Below, piece by piece: positions 10,996 through 23,883 of a stretch of 49,623 bases of DNA. Origin of the DNA: Octopus bimaculoides. Its lineage: Eukaryota. The first letter of the stretch is position 1, and each line of letters begins with the position of its first letter. Where the stretch lies: positions 22,532,776 to 22,582,398 of the forward strand of contig NC_069002.1 in the NCBI RefSeq assembly GCF_001194135.2, written 5' to 3'. Under the pieces are notes generated by a model. The model was given only the letters and a program-made list of their open reading frames with translations, ran no database searches and was not told the origin of the DNA. A program made the position numbers and the translations under genes.

Positions 10996-13139
10996 TCTAG
11001 ATGTTATTGTTGTGTAGCCATAGGTCATCCCCAATCAAACAATCCTATGACACACAAAGACAGTGCAATCCACAGCCCCACCATGAACACCACCACCATG
11101 CAGTGTCACAATCTGACCTTGGACTGTCTCTACAGTCTAATCTATTTCTTTTATACCCAAAAGTTCTATTCATGATTACAACAGACATGGTCATAGCTGA
11201 TTCTTTACAATGTTAGGGTTTTTCATACCTGCACAATGTCTGGAGTTGGTGAAATCTTTAACGTTTCTCTATGCATGTGTTGCTTGGAGGTTTGTCTGGG
11301 CTAAAAGGGGGAAGCAGTGCTTTAGGTGGGTGGGGGGATGCAGTCATAATAGTAGTGACATGGAGTATTACATGTGCCTGCAGGTGATTTTTGTTACGTA
11401 GTGGCTCGGACTGCCAGCATAAACAAAATTTATTGCTGGAGTAAACCTTATTTAGAGGGTTATTAGTGGTGGTCTATGACTTATGATATTTTGATGAAGG
11501 GTGAGAGGACTGATGGAAATAAGTGAGAGAGATTTGTGTCTACAAATACTTGCTGATATGAATTTCAGAGCCTGTTGTTCAACAGTTCTAATCATACTTT
11601 CATTGATTTATCCACAAATCAATAAAAGGATATATTTTATGAATAAAAAAAGAAAAGTAAAAGGTTACTGAAAGGGCAGGGCTGGTGATCACAGCTGTTC
11701 CAGGGTGGCAACAAACCATTGTCAGACTGTCCCATGTGCAACAAAAGCCAAGTCTCTGACCACTTTAATATGGAGGAAACAGTGGAGGATTGGAATCACA
11801 AAATTGAACCAGAGAGAAGTGTGTGTGTGTGAGTGAATGAGTGAGTGGGTGTATTTAATGTAAACAGAAAGAAAGAGAGAGAGAGAGAAACAAGTGAAAA
11901 TATAATAATCTTGACTCAACAATTCCTAGCAACAGGGAAAATAAATGCCAAACTCTACCAATAATATTGATTGAATGAACAACAGAATAAGCATGAAAGG
12001 AAATTATAGCATCAGGGTATATCTTCATGCATGTTGGGATATATTTATGCATGCATACAGAAGTGTGCATGTTATGCTAATGTGTGGGGTTGGGCAGAGG
12101 ATGTGGCATAAGCTAATTCTTCATGACAACGCAAAGAAGAACTAGCAAATTTGGAAAGTAGAAAAAAAAAGTATGAAGAGTAAAAGGCATTTGTTTGACA
12201 GCAAATGGAAACCAGACAGTGAACACAGCAGCAAATGGCCCTGATGAAAATGGGTTTTGGTAGGTAGTATTACCCTCATTTGTTAAACATTGGGTGTATC
12301 TGAAAGAGAAGGCATGAGGAGAGGACTGATAGCCAGTAAATATTTCCAATGTACAAAACTTGTCCATATAATCTGTAAACCAGAATTATATTTGTACGAC
12401 ACCATGATCATCGCTTGAAATTACAGATATGAAGAATAAAATAAAGTCCTTTCACAAATACTAAGGACCCAAATGATCAGTGTTCAATTGAGATTTCTAA
12501 GTGAAGTATTTGGGGTCGATTAAATCAGTTATATCCTTGTCCAAAAATTATGATTACTACAGCAAGTGTACCTCTGATGTCAAAAATAACGAGTTATACT
12601 ATTTATAGAAAAAAGTTGCATCTACTCAAAACAACGGATGGAGCCATTAATAAAGTGTCTTATGTAAAAACTTGACACTTTGTATGTAATACTAAAATAT
12701 TATAGAATGATCTTAGCCAAAGGACGAAGACCAATAATTCACACATGTAATGGTTTATTTCCGTAGTCCAGTCTGAAAATTTTGAGTCACAATAATATAT
12801 GTACACAGAGACATTTATCTGTCCAAAATGACAGCTTTTCTTGTTTGTAATATTTTTCACTGGCCAACAAAATGGACATCCACCCCAATTATTCTCTTGA
12901 TATAATTAATATTGCTGTTACTATTGCTTATTAATCACTATCAACTGCAATTTTGTCCAGTGGATGGTCCAAGGCAGAGAGACATCAGTTGAAGACTTGA
13001 GACACCCGGATGGCCAGCAGAGTAGAAACAAACTGGCGATAAAATTTTTAGAGAGTCGTAATAGCTATGTGAACAGCCATAGTACTGAACACAAAGTAAT
13101 AAAATATAGGATTAAAAAAGAAAAAAAAAAAGGCACTGG

Positions 13140-14560
13140 GTAAGTTTCGTTGAGAATAGTTCGGTCTTTCAAGTTTTAGGTTAGTCATGAGCAAACAATG
13201 GTCCGCGTGACTTTCTGAATGGTACAACAACAAAAAATTACCATAATTCTTTTCAGTGCTACAGCCCGCCTGATGATTATTGTCTCATGCGACCTGTTTC
13301 TCTTAAAAGGTTATCCATGCCTGTTCTAAAATACTTAGAACGAAAGATCCCCACTCATATCCCTCTAAACTATCCACGTTAACCGGCAATCGCAGCTATA
13401 AGGTACGAATGGAAACCGAACCCGCACTGCCAACTGTTTACCGATAGTTTATCATCATCAGACGGTGTGTGAACAATGCCGTATTACACAGCACACTCAA
13501 CTGTGGGCGGGGCAGGGACGGATCAGTTTAGTTCGTACAACACACACACATGTGCAAGAAACAATATATGTGTGTATGTGTTCGTTCGTAAAGACAGAAA
13601 TATATATAGTGAAACCGACAACGTCTGCCTTGTGCACGAGTGATGTCACATGACGTCAAGATTATAAATTCACAAGTCGAGCAGGGGAAAGACACACAGA
13701 CAGACGGCTACACATACAAGACAGACAAACAGACGTACAGAGCGGCAAACTGACCACAGCTACCTCTACTGTTACGTTACACTCTACAATCCATTACGAT
13801 AGTCAACAGTGTAGAGCAATCTGCAGTTTATACACGCTTACAAATCGATGTTAACATAGGTCTGAAGTTCAACATACATACGAGTGTGTGGGTGTGCATC
13901 CTTGTTAGCAGTATAGCTAATATTGCTCTACCAGTCAGTATACGTTATCAAATTCCTAAGAAACTATATGCGTGCGCGCGAGTGCATATACATACATACA
14001 TACTTGTGTGTGTGTGTATAGAGTGGAGAAAGACACAAAAAATAAATTAAAAACATTAGTCTTGAAGACAGAAGACAAAGATATCTTCTTGGGGTGGTAA
14101 AAAACGGGCAGGAAGCGAAGACTAGAAAATTTTTTATTGACATAACCACTACTGATGATTCTCTCTCTCTATCTATCTATCTATCTACCTATCTCTCTTT
14201 CTATCTATCTACCTATCTCTCTTTCTTTCTCTGCTGACTAATCGATGACAGAGAACATGGTTACGATGAAATAAAAGGACGATGGAGGAGGTAGCAATTA
14301 CATGTTAATGCGTGCCAACTTTCATCATTATTAATACGGTGACGGCGGCGGTAGTGACGGTGATAGTAGCTGTAATTAATAACAATTCTGTGTTGGCCAC
14401 AAGGGCCGCAAATAATAGAAGTAAATACGAAACTACGAAAGTGGCGGCTGTTGCTAGTAGCAGTCGCCAGTGACACAATAAAACAGGAGATGATGGTGGT
14501 GGGGAATAGTATGACTAGGAGTAACATTGACCAGTTGGTGGTTTATGATAAATACGAGAA
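13140..14560. promoter_or_regulatory. CpG-retaining promoter-like patch
   Basis: Roughly 30 or more CpGs by eye in 13140-13900 versus a handful per kb in flanks; GC box 13505-13513; TGATGTCA 13641-13648; GTCACATGAC 13645-13654; CRE TGACGTCA 13651-13658; TATAAA 13663-13668. Confidence 0.6.
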
Positions 14561-14891
14561 CGGTTATTTAAGTTTCCAGTATTATCCATTAATATCCATG
14601 GCTATAATGAACGACCAGGAATAATTATAGTGTTTAAGGGAGAGTGAAAGACAACAGGCAAACAATAGATGTATGTATGCATGCATGTATGTATGTATGT
14701 ATGTCAAAGTTTGTTTAGCGCACCGTCACCACACCCTCTTACTATTTCCTTTTTCTTTTTTAGAAACCCACATTTTTGGCCACAGAGATTCCGAATGTGT
14801 AAAAAAAATTAGTATTTCAAAATTTAATTCCCCCCCCCCCCGCCTAATTCTTCATTTGTGTATGTGTGGATAAGATGCACATGTACATATA

Positions 14892-16143
14892 TGAGGGTGT
14901 GCTGAAAGTTGTTAGGGTTAGGGTCTATGAAGGAGTGGTGCTAGATCTGTGAAATCTTGCATGCATTAATTTCAACTCTTCTTATTAATAACTGCATTGT
15001 TTCTTTCCAGTTAAACTGACATCTCACTGTTCAAAAGAGACTTCAAAAGGAACTACTATCGATTTGTCTTACAAACTGACAAAATTTGGCATCGTGGTGT
15101 TATCAAGTACCTGCAGATAAATGGTTTAGCCTCCAAGGACATTCAAGTTGATATGGTTGCTACATTTGGGGATGACCACTCCTGCTTTATCAATAGTGTA
15201 AAAGTGGACAGCTGAATTTAGGAGAGGAAAGGAGAGTCTTGAAGATGACTCACTGTCTGGACGTCCTGCAACTGCCACCGCAGAGGAAAACATTAATGGT
15301 GTTCACCACATGGTAATAGATAACACATGATTGACTACAAATCAAATAGCCAATACCATTAGCATATCCTATGAGAGAGTTGAGAATATTTGGCACAATG
15401 AACTTGGTGTGACAAAAGGTTTCTGCTTGGTGGGTGCCACATCATCCGACACCTGATCAAAAGCTGATCACATCATGAGGAAAATTTGACACTGTTTGAA
15501 GCAGATCCATCTTGTTTCTCTGAATGTTTCCCAATCCAGGATGGGTGCTGGCTTCATCATTTTGAGTCAGAGACAAAGAGAGAATCCATGCAGTGGAAAC
15601 ACCCTCCTCACTTGCTCCAAAGAAGGCCAAGGACATTTCATCTGCAGAGAAGATGATGGCCTCAATTTTGGGGAATGTTTATTGACTATCTTCAAAAGGG
15701 CCACACCATCAACGGAGAGTACTGTGCCAACTTGCTGAGGCAGTTACGAAAGGCTGTCAAGGCCAAAAGCCCAGAAAATCTGATGAAAGAGTTCTTGTTT
15801 CATCAGGACAATGCTCCAGCACACACGTCGTTAGTTTTAATGGCTCTGAACTGGTTGATCAACCTCCCTATTCTCCTGATCTGGCCCCATCTGACCATCA
15901 TTTGTTCCCCAGCATGACAAAACACTTGGCTGGGAACCAGTATTGCAATGAAGATAATGATGACATCCTATTTACTGCTGCTGACGTTTTCAACCAACAG
16001 GATGGATGCTTCTTCACCAATGATATTTCAACACCCATGGAAGAAGTGTGGACTACAAGAAGGACTAGATTGAAAGATAAACCGCATTTGGTCACATTCC
16101 AGGAGAGTATCTCGGTTAGTCTATGAACTTTTCAGCCGACCCT

Positions 16144-16145
<2 letters not shown>
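14892..16145 (+). mobile_element. Full-length decayed mariner (DD34D-type) transposon
   Basis: TIRs (T/C)GAGGG...GCTGAAAAGTT; WVP at 15431; HQDNAPAH at 15801-15824; YSPDLAPSD at 15869-15895; many stops and frameshifts. Confidence 0.93.
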
Positions 16146-16147
<2 letters not shown>

Positions 16148-16198
<51 letters not shown>

Positions 16199-16300
16199 AT
16201 ATATATATATATATATGCATATAAACGTGTGTGTGTGTGTATGTATATATACATGTGTGTCTGTGTGTGTGTGTATATTTATGGAAAGAGAGAGAGAGAA
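16148..16300. repeat. Compound (GT)n/(TA)n/(GA)n microsatellite
   Basis: Direct inspection. Confidence 0.95.
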
Positions 16301-16848
16301 ATGTTAGTTGTGTGGCAGATACTTGATCTGAGAAGGTATACAGAAAGTGAGACCCAGATGAAACATGTTAGCCATTAAAAAACAAAAACTTCATTCATTC
16401 CTTAATAATACTCACCACTATGAATTGCCAAATTTTATCAGACTTCTGCGACCCACTCCATTAACACAATTTTACAGCACCATTTTATTTTTACACAACT
16501 ATATGTAATACTATGGGGAAAAAGATGAAGCTGAAATAGCTAAAATGATCCTCATTAATGTTTCAATGTTCAGTTCACAATGCTTGCATGGGCCAGGTGA
16601 AATTCACTGAGGCAGATTATCTATGGTAGGATGCTCTTCTTGTTAAACAGCACCCGTTTCCAAGCAAGGTAATATTTCCCCCCTAGTGTTTCAAACATAA
16701 ACAGTGCAATGGCCAAACATGGTCCCATGGAAAATTACAAGAAACACTTGTCTAAGGTGCCATGCAGTGGGGATCAACCTGAAGAACTTCTTAACCACAC
16801 AGCCATGTCCACAAACACACACAAACAGACAAGAAGAAAAAGAAAGAA

Positions 16849-16881
<33 letters not shown>

Positions 16882-17248
16882 TCTTTTAATAAACGCAATA
16901 TTTAAATGAGTGTTACTGTTTCATGCTTGGATAGAAAAGTAATCAGACAAGTTTGTGCTGTGTACTGTCCTGCAATTTTTCAGCAAAGGAAAAGAGAAGA
17001 TTGATGTAAACCTATGTAAACTAGCAACAGACAAAGTACACTACTACCCTTACCAAATGAACTTCAATTAAGGACAATCTTGCTTTCTTCCATTCCTCTC
17101 AAGTATTGGCACCAGCTTCATTCTCAATATTATCACCATCTTTAATTTGCAAAGAGAACTGAGTTCACCATTTACATTAAGCACTTCCACCATCTTCCTA
17201 GCAAACTGCTATACAATTTGCCTTTATCCAAACCAGGGAAACTTAATA

Positions 17249-17469
17249 CAGTAATCCTGCACCATATCGCAGTTCACCTATTGCGGTTTATTATTTAAGC
17301 TTATGTCGATTCCTCTGTGGTGTTGTTTTGCATTTATAATAAAATAAATATATACAAATTATAAAAATAATAAAAAAATATACAGTACAGTACTATTTCT
17401 ACACTGTGGATTTTCACCTATCATGGGGCATTTTGGAACATAACACCTGCGATAGTTGAGGGATTTCTG
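17249..17469. mobile_element. Tigger/pogo-like MITE
   Basis: TA|CAGTAATCC...GAGGGATTTCTG|TA; internal TTCACCTAT subrepeats; AT-rich centre. Confidence 0.7.
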
Positions 17470-18031
17470 TATGCTAGAAATAGTTAGTTGAATCTCAATC
17501 AAATGACAGTCAATGGCCTTCAGAAGAACACATTCGATGATGTAGTTCTAAATAAACTGAAGACGACGACAGGACAGTAATGGTTGAAGCAACTCAATCA
17601 AAAGTGACCTGTGGCTAAACAACTTTTCTTTGTTTATGACTCTCTACCAAAAATCATGGTATTGTACAACTGTATCTTGGACCCATTCCTGAAAATAAGA
17701 GGACTTGTTGACACTTCTGACTATTCTCTTTTTTGCACTGCTTTCAAAATATCCTGCACACACTCATTTAGAGCTTAAAGATCAATAACTTGGGTAAGAT
17801 AAAACCAAATGTAAGCCATTGAGAAGATTGGCCTGTTTTGGTTTTTGTCCAATCAAACAGAGCCAAGCTGAGTTATGTCACTTTCTCAAAAATACAACAC
17901 AATTACAATAATACTTCACGACTGTTGCTCAATATCTCACTGATAGGAGGAACTGCATAAGAGGGGTTTAAAAAAAAAACACAGACAAGTTAAATATTTC
18001 AGTTATATAGAACTACCTTTTGCCACTATGT

Positions 18032-18032
<1 letters not shown>

Positions 18033-18121
<89 letters not shown>
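18033..18121. repeat. (GT)n(GC)n microsatellite
   Basis: Direct inspection. Confidence 0.98.
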
Positions 18122-18123
<2 letters not shown>

Positions 18124-18789
18124 AACATATAGTTGCATAATTTACTTTAATCCCTTGACTGAGTAAACAAGTTTCTCGACCCTTCTACATTTTCAGGACT
18201 CAATTTTTTATAACTGGTTTTTAGTATTTTACAATAACTTTTAAAGCTATTAACTAATGTTGGGTTCCCGCTTTTGTTGTTTTCGCAATTATTTTTTCAA
18301 GCAAGCTATCCATGTTACCATTGAACAGAAAAGTTAGGATTGAAGCTTTACAATGTGGCAGACAAAATACCACTAAGTACTCCACCCAGCATGCTAATGA
18401 TTCTGCCAGCCCACCACCCTAATAATAATAATAATAAAAAAGTTCAGCAAGAGATACAGGTATGTTTATTTCACCTGATAGTTATGGTAAAAGAACTAAG
18501 ATGGTAGATGTAACTGTAAGGGGTTAGAAAATGTCTTTTATTCAAAGACAAAAGCCTCAACTTTGAAATATTGCTTGATAAAACTTCTACCTGCCAATAA
18601 ATGTCCTGATAAGGTGGTTGTTACTGTCTAGTTCTTGGTCACCCTTAATTTAACAAACCTACAGTTAAAGTTATTGCTACTTTGACTATTCTACATGTCT
18701 AAGGTTATTGAGAACTACACTATTTAGAGTTTCCTTTTCTTATTCAAGATGGTATGATTAAAAGATCTAGCTGCTGTTCTTTTATTTTA

Positions 18790-19177
18790 GTCTTTTACTT
18801 GTTTCAGTCATTTGACTGCAGCCATGCTAGAGCACCGCCTTCAGTGGAACAAATCGACCCCAGGGCTTATTCTTTGTAAGCCTAGTATTTATTTTATCAG
18901 TCTCTTTTGCTGAACTGCTACATTACAGGGATGTAAATACACTAACATCAGTTGTCAAAACAATGATGGGACAAAAACACAAACGCACATATATATATAT
19001 ATATATAATATAATATATATGACAGGCTTCTTTCAGTTTCCATCTACCAAATCCACTCACAAGGCTCTGGTTGGCCCAAGGCTATAGCAGAAGACACTTG
19101 CCCAAGGTGCCACAAATGGGACTGAACCTAGAACCATGTGGTTGGGAAGCAAGCTTCTTATCCCATAGCCATGCCTG
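18790..19177 (-). mobile_element. SINE family A, full length
   Basis: Reverse complement of 32213-32602, with an internal (TA)n. Confidence 0.9.
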
Positions 19178-19494
19178 CTATGTCAAGTGAGTTCAGAAAC
19201 CATAAATCAGTTATCCATTTATTTATAAAAGCTGGATGAGAATGATAAATCTGGTGGATATCTGAAAGGCCCAATCCTTCATATTAGTCCATAGGTTAGA
19301 ATCAAGAGACAACACAAAACAGGAAAGGACAGCTTTGCAAAATATTATTTTCATTTTAAACTGATACAAATATGTTTTGCTTTTTTTTAATGTGTGTGTG
19401 TGTGTATGACATTATTGGTAATGACCTAAATTATCATTTCAGAATAATGGAACATTGATGAACTCAATAAGGACCATGAGACCAAGTTTTTTAA

Positions 19495-19700
19495 TGTCCA
19501 CTTCTCCCTGTTCACATGAGTCGGAGTAAGTTTATTGAAGCAGATGTTCTAAAGTGGATGCCCTTCCTGTCACCAACCCTCACCTGTTTCCAGGTAAGAT
19601 AATATTTTTCCATGGCCAGACATGTTTTCACAAAATATCAGAAATGAATGACACTGCATTGCTTTGATGGTTTATAACCATCATGCAATGTCAATGAGAC
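19495..19700 (-). mobile_element. Retroposon-tail family E fragment
   Basis: GGATGCCCTTCCTGTCACCAACCCTCACCTGTTTCCA..GTAA..TATTT; related copies at about 16590-16740 and, inverted, 48575-48755. Confidence 0.6.
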
Positions 19701-19855
19701 ACCCTCATACACACACATGCTCCCTGCCTATCACATCTTCACTACCTCCCTCTCTCCCCCCTCTCTCTACCTGAATAAGTCAGGTTTCTTTAATGCAAGA
19801 CATTATAAAACACACCATCTTGAATCATCCAAGATTTGAAGCAGTTAAGATATTA

Positions 19856-20054
19856 GTTTCAAATTTTGGCACAAAGCCAACAATTTTAGGGGAAGAGGTA
19901 AGTTGATTACATAAACACCAGTGCTTAACTGGTACTTATTTTATCAACTCCAAAAGGATGAAAGACAAATCGACTTTGGTGGAATATGAACTCAGAATGT
20001 AAAGCCAGATGAAATACCACTAACAAGCTAACAATTCTGCCAGCTGGCGACCCT
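19856..20054 (-). mobile_element. SINE family B
   Basis: Reverse complement of the family B head and core. Confidence 0.85.
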
Positions 20055-20559
20055 AAGCAGTTAAAATATTAAAACAGCAAAGGTTAAATGTATTGAATGA
20101 AACTGGAAGGAGTTGGTGGTGTGATTTGAACCACTGAAAAATTCCCTACCATGTTTGAGTGCTGGATTCCAATTAGTCATAAGATTAATTCTGATGGAGA
20201 GCAATTCACAGAAATAAACAATGGGCATGACGATAAAGAATTTTGTCATTGTGTGGAAGGAAGTGTATCTCAAAATTATTTTGGGGGGAAAATAGAGTAG
20301 ACCTGCCAGTAGAAGACAACAAAGTGTGTGATGAGCAGCATAGTGAAATTTGCATCTGCTTTTCAGAATGTAGAGGAGAAAATATGATATGACTTGTGCA
20401 GAGAAGTACCAGACAAAGATGACATCCTTTTGGAAGTGGCAATCAAGAAATACTTTCCTGTTTAAATGGTTACTATTATGTTACAGTACTACAGGCTTCC
20501 TGCAGACTTGTAGGGAGAGGCACATGTTGTAATGGATAGCTGTGGAAGAAGAGAGCTGG

Positions 20560-21715
20560 AGGAAGGTCTTGGTATGAATCTTCTTCAAACCAACTGATAT
20601 TGTTTTGTGACGGAATCCAGCTGAAACTAGTCTAACCAATGTTCTGGAATCAGATGAGGAATCTGTGGTACTCGGTACTTATCAGCACAGTATTACTGAT
20701 GGTGGGATGCTGATTCTGATGAAGATTTTGTGAAAGTTTTATTTTTTCCAAAGATCCAGGCAGCAAGTGTAGCTATTGTCTAGGACCAGCATCACATACC
20801 AACAATCAAAGATGGTACAAGAGAGACACAAGGAACTGGTGTGTGGCAGTATGTGTCAGGTAGTGCCAACATCCCAGGAACAGTGGTATGAATTTTTAGT
20901 AAATGCAGTTAAGTTGTAGCAGCTTTCATATTTCAATAAAACTTTTATGGAAGTACCCAGATAAGTCTGCCTCAATAACTTTCAATGTTGTCGTACTCAA
21001 TACAGGAAATAACTCTCCACAAAGACAATACAGTCATGAGAAGGTGAATACTTGTGTTCTGGAACTTGCTCTCTATATTCTCCGATATTCAACTTTTGAG
21101 AGGGTTCACAGCAGAGACACTGATGCAATAATACTTCTCACTAAATTCTATGATATCATTGCTCCAAAGTCACACGTAGAAATAAAAATTTGGTTCAAAA
21201 CGAGGGAAAAAACCCCCATCAAAGTGATTTCCCTTGATCAGATTGCTTAAAGCTTAGGGATGACAACATACAAAGCAAACAATGGCTCTTAATCAGACAG
21301 CACAACAGCTCATAAGTTTAAAGGAAAAGAATATAGTTTCAATACTGAAGATAAATCTATTATTGAAGGATTTAATGAAAAAGTGTTTGTTTGTCCACCC
21401 CAGAATTCATAGCTGCCATTAGCACTCCATACCATACAACACCACAAGAGAAAAAAGTTTCAATGTAATTTGTCTGCAGGGCTCTGCTCCAATCAATTTT
21501 GCATCGATGGTGCCAATATTGATCTACCAATAACAAAGATATTCTGTCAAAGACCAATGATATTGAGAGAATCCCCTTGAGCAATGTCTTGGACCAATAA
21601 CTCAGAAGGAATGTGTTTCAAAGAAACATCTGCAATAATGCATGGACAAGAAAAACTCCTGTAATCATAGGACAAAGACATAGCTGAAGGATAAAATTGA
21701 CAAGTAGTTGGTAGA
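20560..21715 (+). pseudogene. Highly decayed XPG/PIN-like nuclease-bearing transposase fossil (Academ-like)
   Basis: ORF 20903-21250 reads SHEKVNT..VHSRDTDAIILL..IWFKT, matching the SHEEADT..S.DTDV..L..W pattern. Downstream remnants resemble CDTTS.F.GKGK and IP...L.Q.LRR..FQ..I..NA. Confidence 0.5.
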
Positions 21716-21843
21716 GGAGATTGGTATATTCCCTATGTTACCCACTCTACTCTACAAATATTTTCTATCTACACATACACACAAACACATATGAAGTACA
21801 TATGCATGGCTGTGTGTGTGTATACACAGTCAGCAGTATTTTA

Positions 21844-21881
<38 letters not shown>

Positions 21882-22117
21882 CACACAGATATTGGTATCT
21901 TATACATATGTATAGACATGTATGTATGTGTAGCTTTTCTTCTAATTTCTATTATTTATATATAAATGTAATGTTTCTCACCAAATGTTATTAATGTTTT
22001 GTACTTGGAACAAAAAAAAAAAAATCTTTGTTATCCCTGGAATGTGAATTAAATAACTCTACTCATTCTGCATAACCTATGATGAATTATCATTATTATT
22101 ATTATTATTATTATTAT

Positions 22118-22345
22118 AAAAGGCAGAAACGTTAACATGCCGGGCAAAATGTTTAGCGGTATTTTGTCTGTCTTTACGTTCTTGAGTTCAAATTCCACTG
22201 AGGTCAACTTTGCCTTTCATCCCTTCGGGCTCAATAAATTAAGTACCAGTTGCATAATGAGGGGAGGGGGGTCGATCTAATCGACTGCCCCACTCCCTCA
22301 AATTTTCGGGCCTTGTACCTATAGTAGAAACAATATTATTATTAA
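22118..22345 (+). mobile_element. SINE family B
   Basis: Head GCAGAAACGTTAACATGCCGGGCAAAATG, family B core, (ATT)n flanks. Confidence 0.87.
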
Positions 22346-23238
22346 GGGAATAGACTAAATACCTAGTGATTTTTAGTTTCTTCTCATTGTTAATGAAATC
22401 ATACCAGTTATATAATGAAGTCAAATTAATTTGTGAGAAATCTATTATTATTATTCCCAGAATACAAAATATTAAACACATTCTAAAGATTCAACTCCAA
22501 CTTCACAACTGAATAATAACAAGCACACCTACCATGTACAAACAATTGCTCTGACAAAAAATACATCACACACCCATTATTTACCTTGAAAGCAGATATG
22601 AAATAGCAAATAATAGTTATAGAAAGTATGTTCAAATTAGCAATCAATACAGCATACTTAATGTATATACACAGTTGCTAGGCCAGTTCCCACAGCATTT
22701 GTCCCAAAATGACATCTTATGGACGTACTGTGTTAAAAACAATAAATATCAAAGAGATGACAATTTACTTCACAGCGGCCCACAAGAACACATGATGTGC
22801 TTCAGCCTTTTCAACGGTGTGTACCAATGGTCAGCCACATACTCGAACAAGAATTCATCATCTCTAAATGTTTAGAAGGACAGAGACTGGTTTTATAAGT
22901 CCATCTTAAGGTTAACTAAATCCAAAATAAGTTTAGCTGTACGGCAAACAAATGTATACAATAGCAAGAGTTTTTTTTTCTCACTAAAAATACAAAGGTT
23001 CTATAAAACTGAAACAGTATCTGTTGTAACCTATTAACAGTCAATGTCCCATTTTTGGGACAGAGGTTTTAAATTTAACATAAACAATATTGCAAAAGAC
23101 TTCTGTGGATCTTTTGTTACAAATTTCATATTTACAGTATTTACACCATTTCCAATAAGCCAAGTAACAAGAGAAATATAATGAAAGAGTTCTTAGGAAG
23201 TAAGAAAAAGTAAAAATTTATAAATGATATTCAGGAAT

Positions 23239-23608
23239 AGCTGTGGTAAGTAGCTTGCTTCCCAACCACATGGTTCAGGGTTCAGTCCTACTGTGTGACA
23301 CCTTGGACAAGTGCTTTCTTCTATAGCTTCAGGCCAACCAAAGCTTTGCGAGTCGATTTAGTAGATAGGAACTGAAAGAAGCCCGTCGTATGTATATCTG
23401 TGTGTATTACGTATGTGTGTGTGTGTTTGTTCCCCAACCATCGATTGACAACCAATGCTGATGTGTTTAGGTCCCTGTCAGCAGTTCAGCAAAAGAGACA
23501 GATAAAATAAGTACTAGGCTTACAAAGAATAAATCCTGAGGTCGATTTGTTCGACTAAAGGCAGTGCTCCAGCATGGCCGCAGTCAAATGACTGAAACAA
23601 GTAAAAGA
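23239..23608 (+). mobile_element. SINE family A, younger copy inserted in the head of an older copy
   Basis: Flanked by ATATTCAGGAAT at 23227-23238 and 23609-23620. Confidence 0.88.
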
Positions 23609-23883
23609 ATATTCAGGAATGGCTGTGTGGCAAGATGCTTGCTACCCAACCACATGGTTGAGGGTTCAGTCCCACGTCATGGCACCGTGGGCAAGTGGAT
23701 CTAGTAGGTGGAAACTGAAAGAAGCTCGTCGTGTGTGTGTGTCTTAGTGTCTGTGTTTGTCCCCACCTCAAATAGAGTAGGTACCAGACTTTAATAAGTA
23801 CTGGGGTTGGTTCATTCAACTAAAATTTCTTCAAGGTAGTGCCCCAGCATGGCCACAGTCTAATGACTGGAATAAGTAAAAGT
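23609..23883 (+). mobile_element. SINE family A, older copy with internal deletions
   Basis: Head, truncated core and 3' GCCCCAGCATGGCCACAGT. Confidence 0.8.

Noticed and set aside
12113-12367. Minus-strand ORF containing YQNPFSSG, a possible SCAMP exon 2
   Set aside because: The acceptor phase does not fit phase-0 exon 1, there is no DPS start, and the nearest donor gives only 26 nt.
14261-14527. 88-aa minus-strand ORF with a signal-peptide-like start (MLLLVILFPTTIISC...)
   Set aside because: The hydrophobic start comes from a decayed GGT/GAT-rich simple sequence, with no recognisable family or supporting splice or promoter context. Not fully excluded.
14912-14922. TTAGGG-like telomeric units
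   Set aside because: Only two units, inside a mariner; expected by chance.
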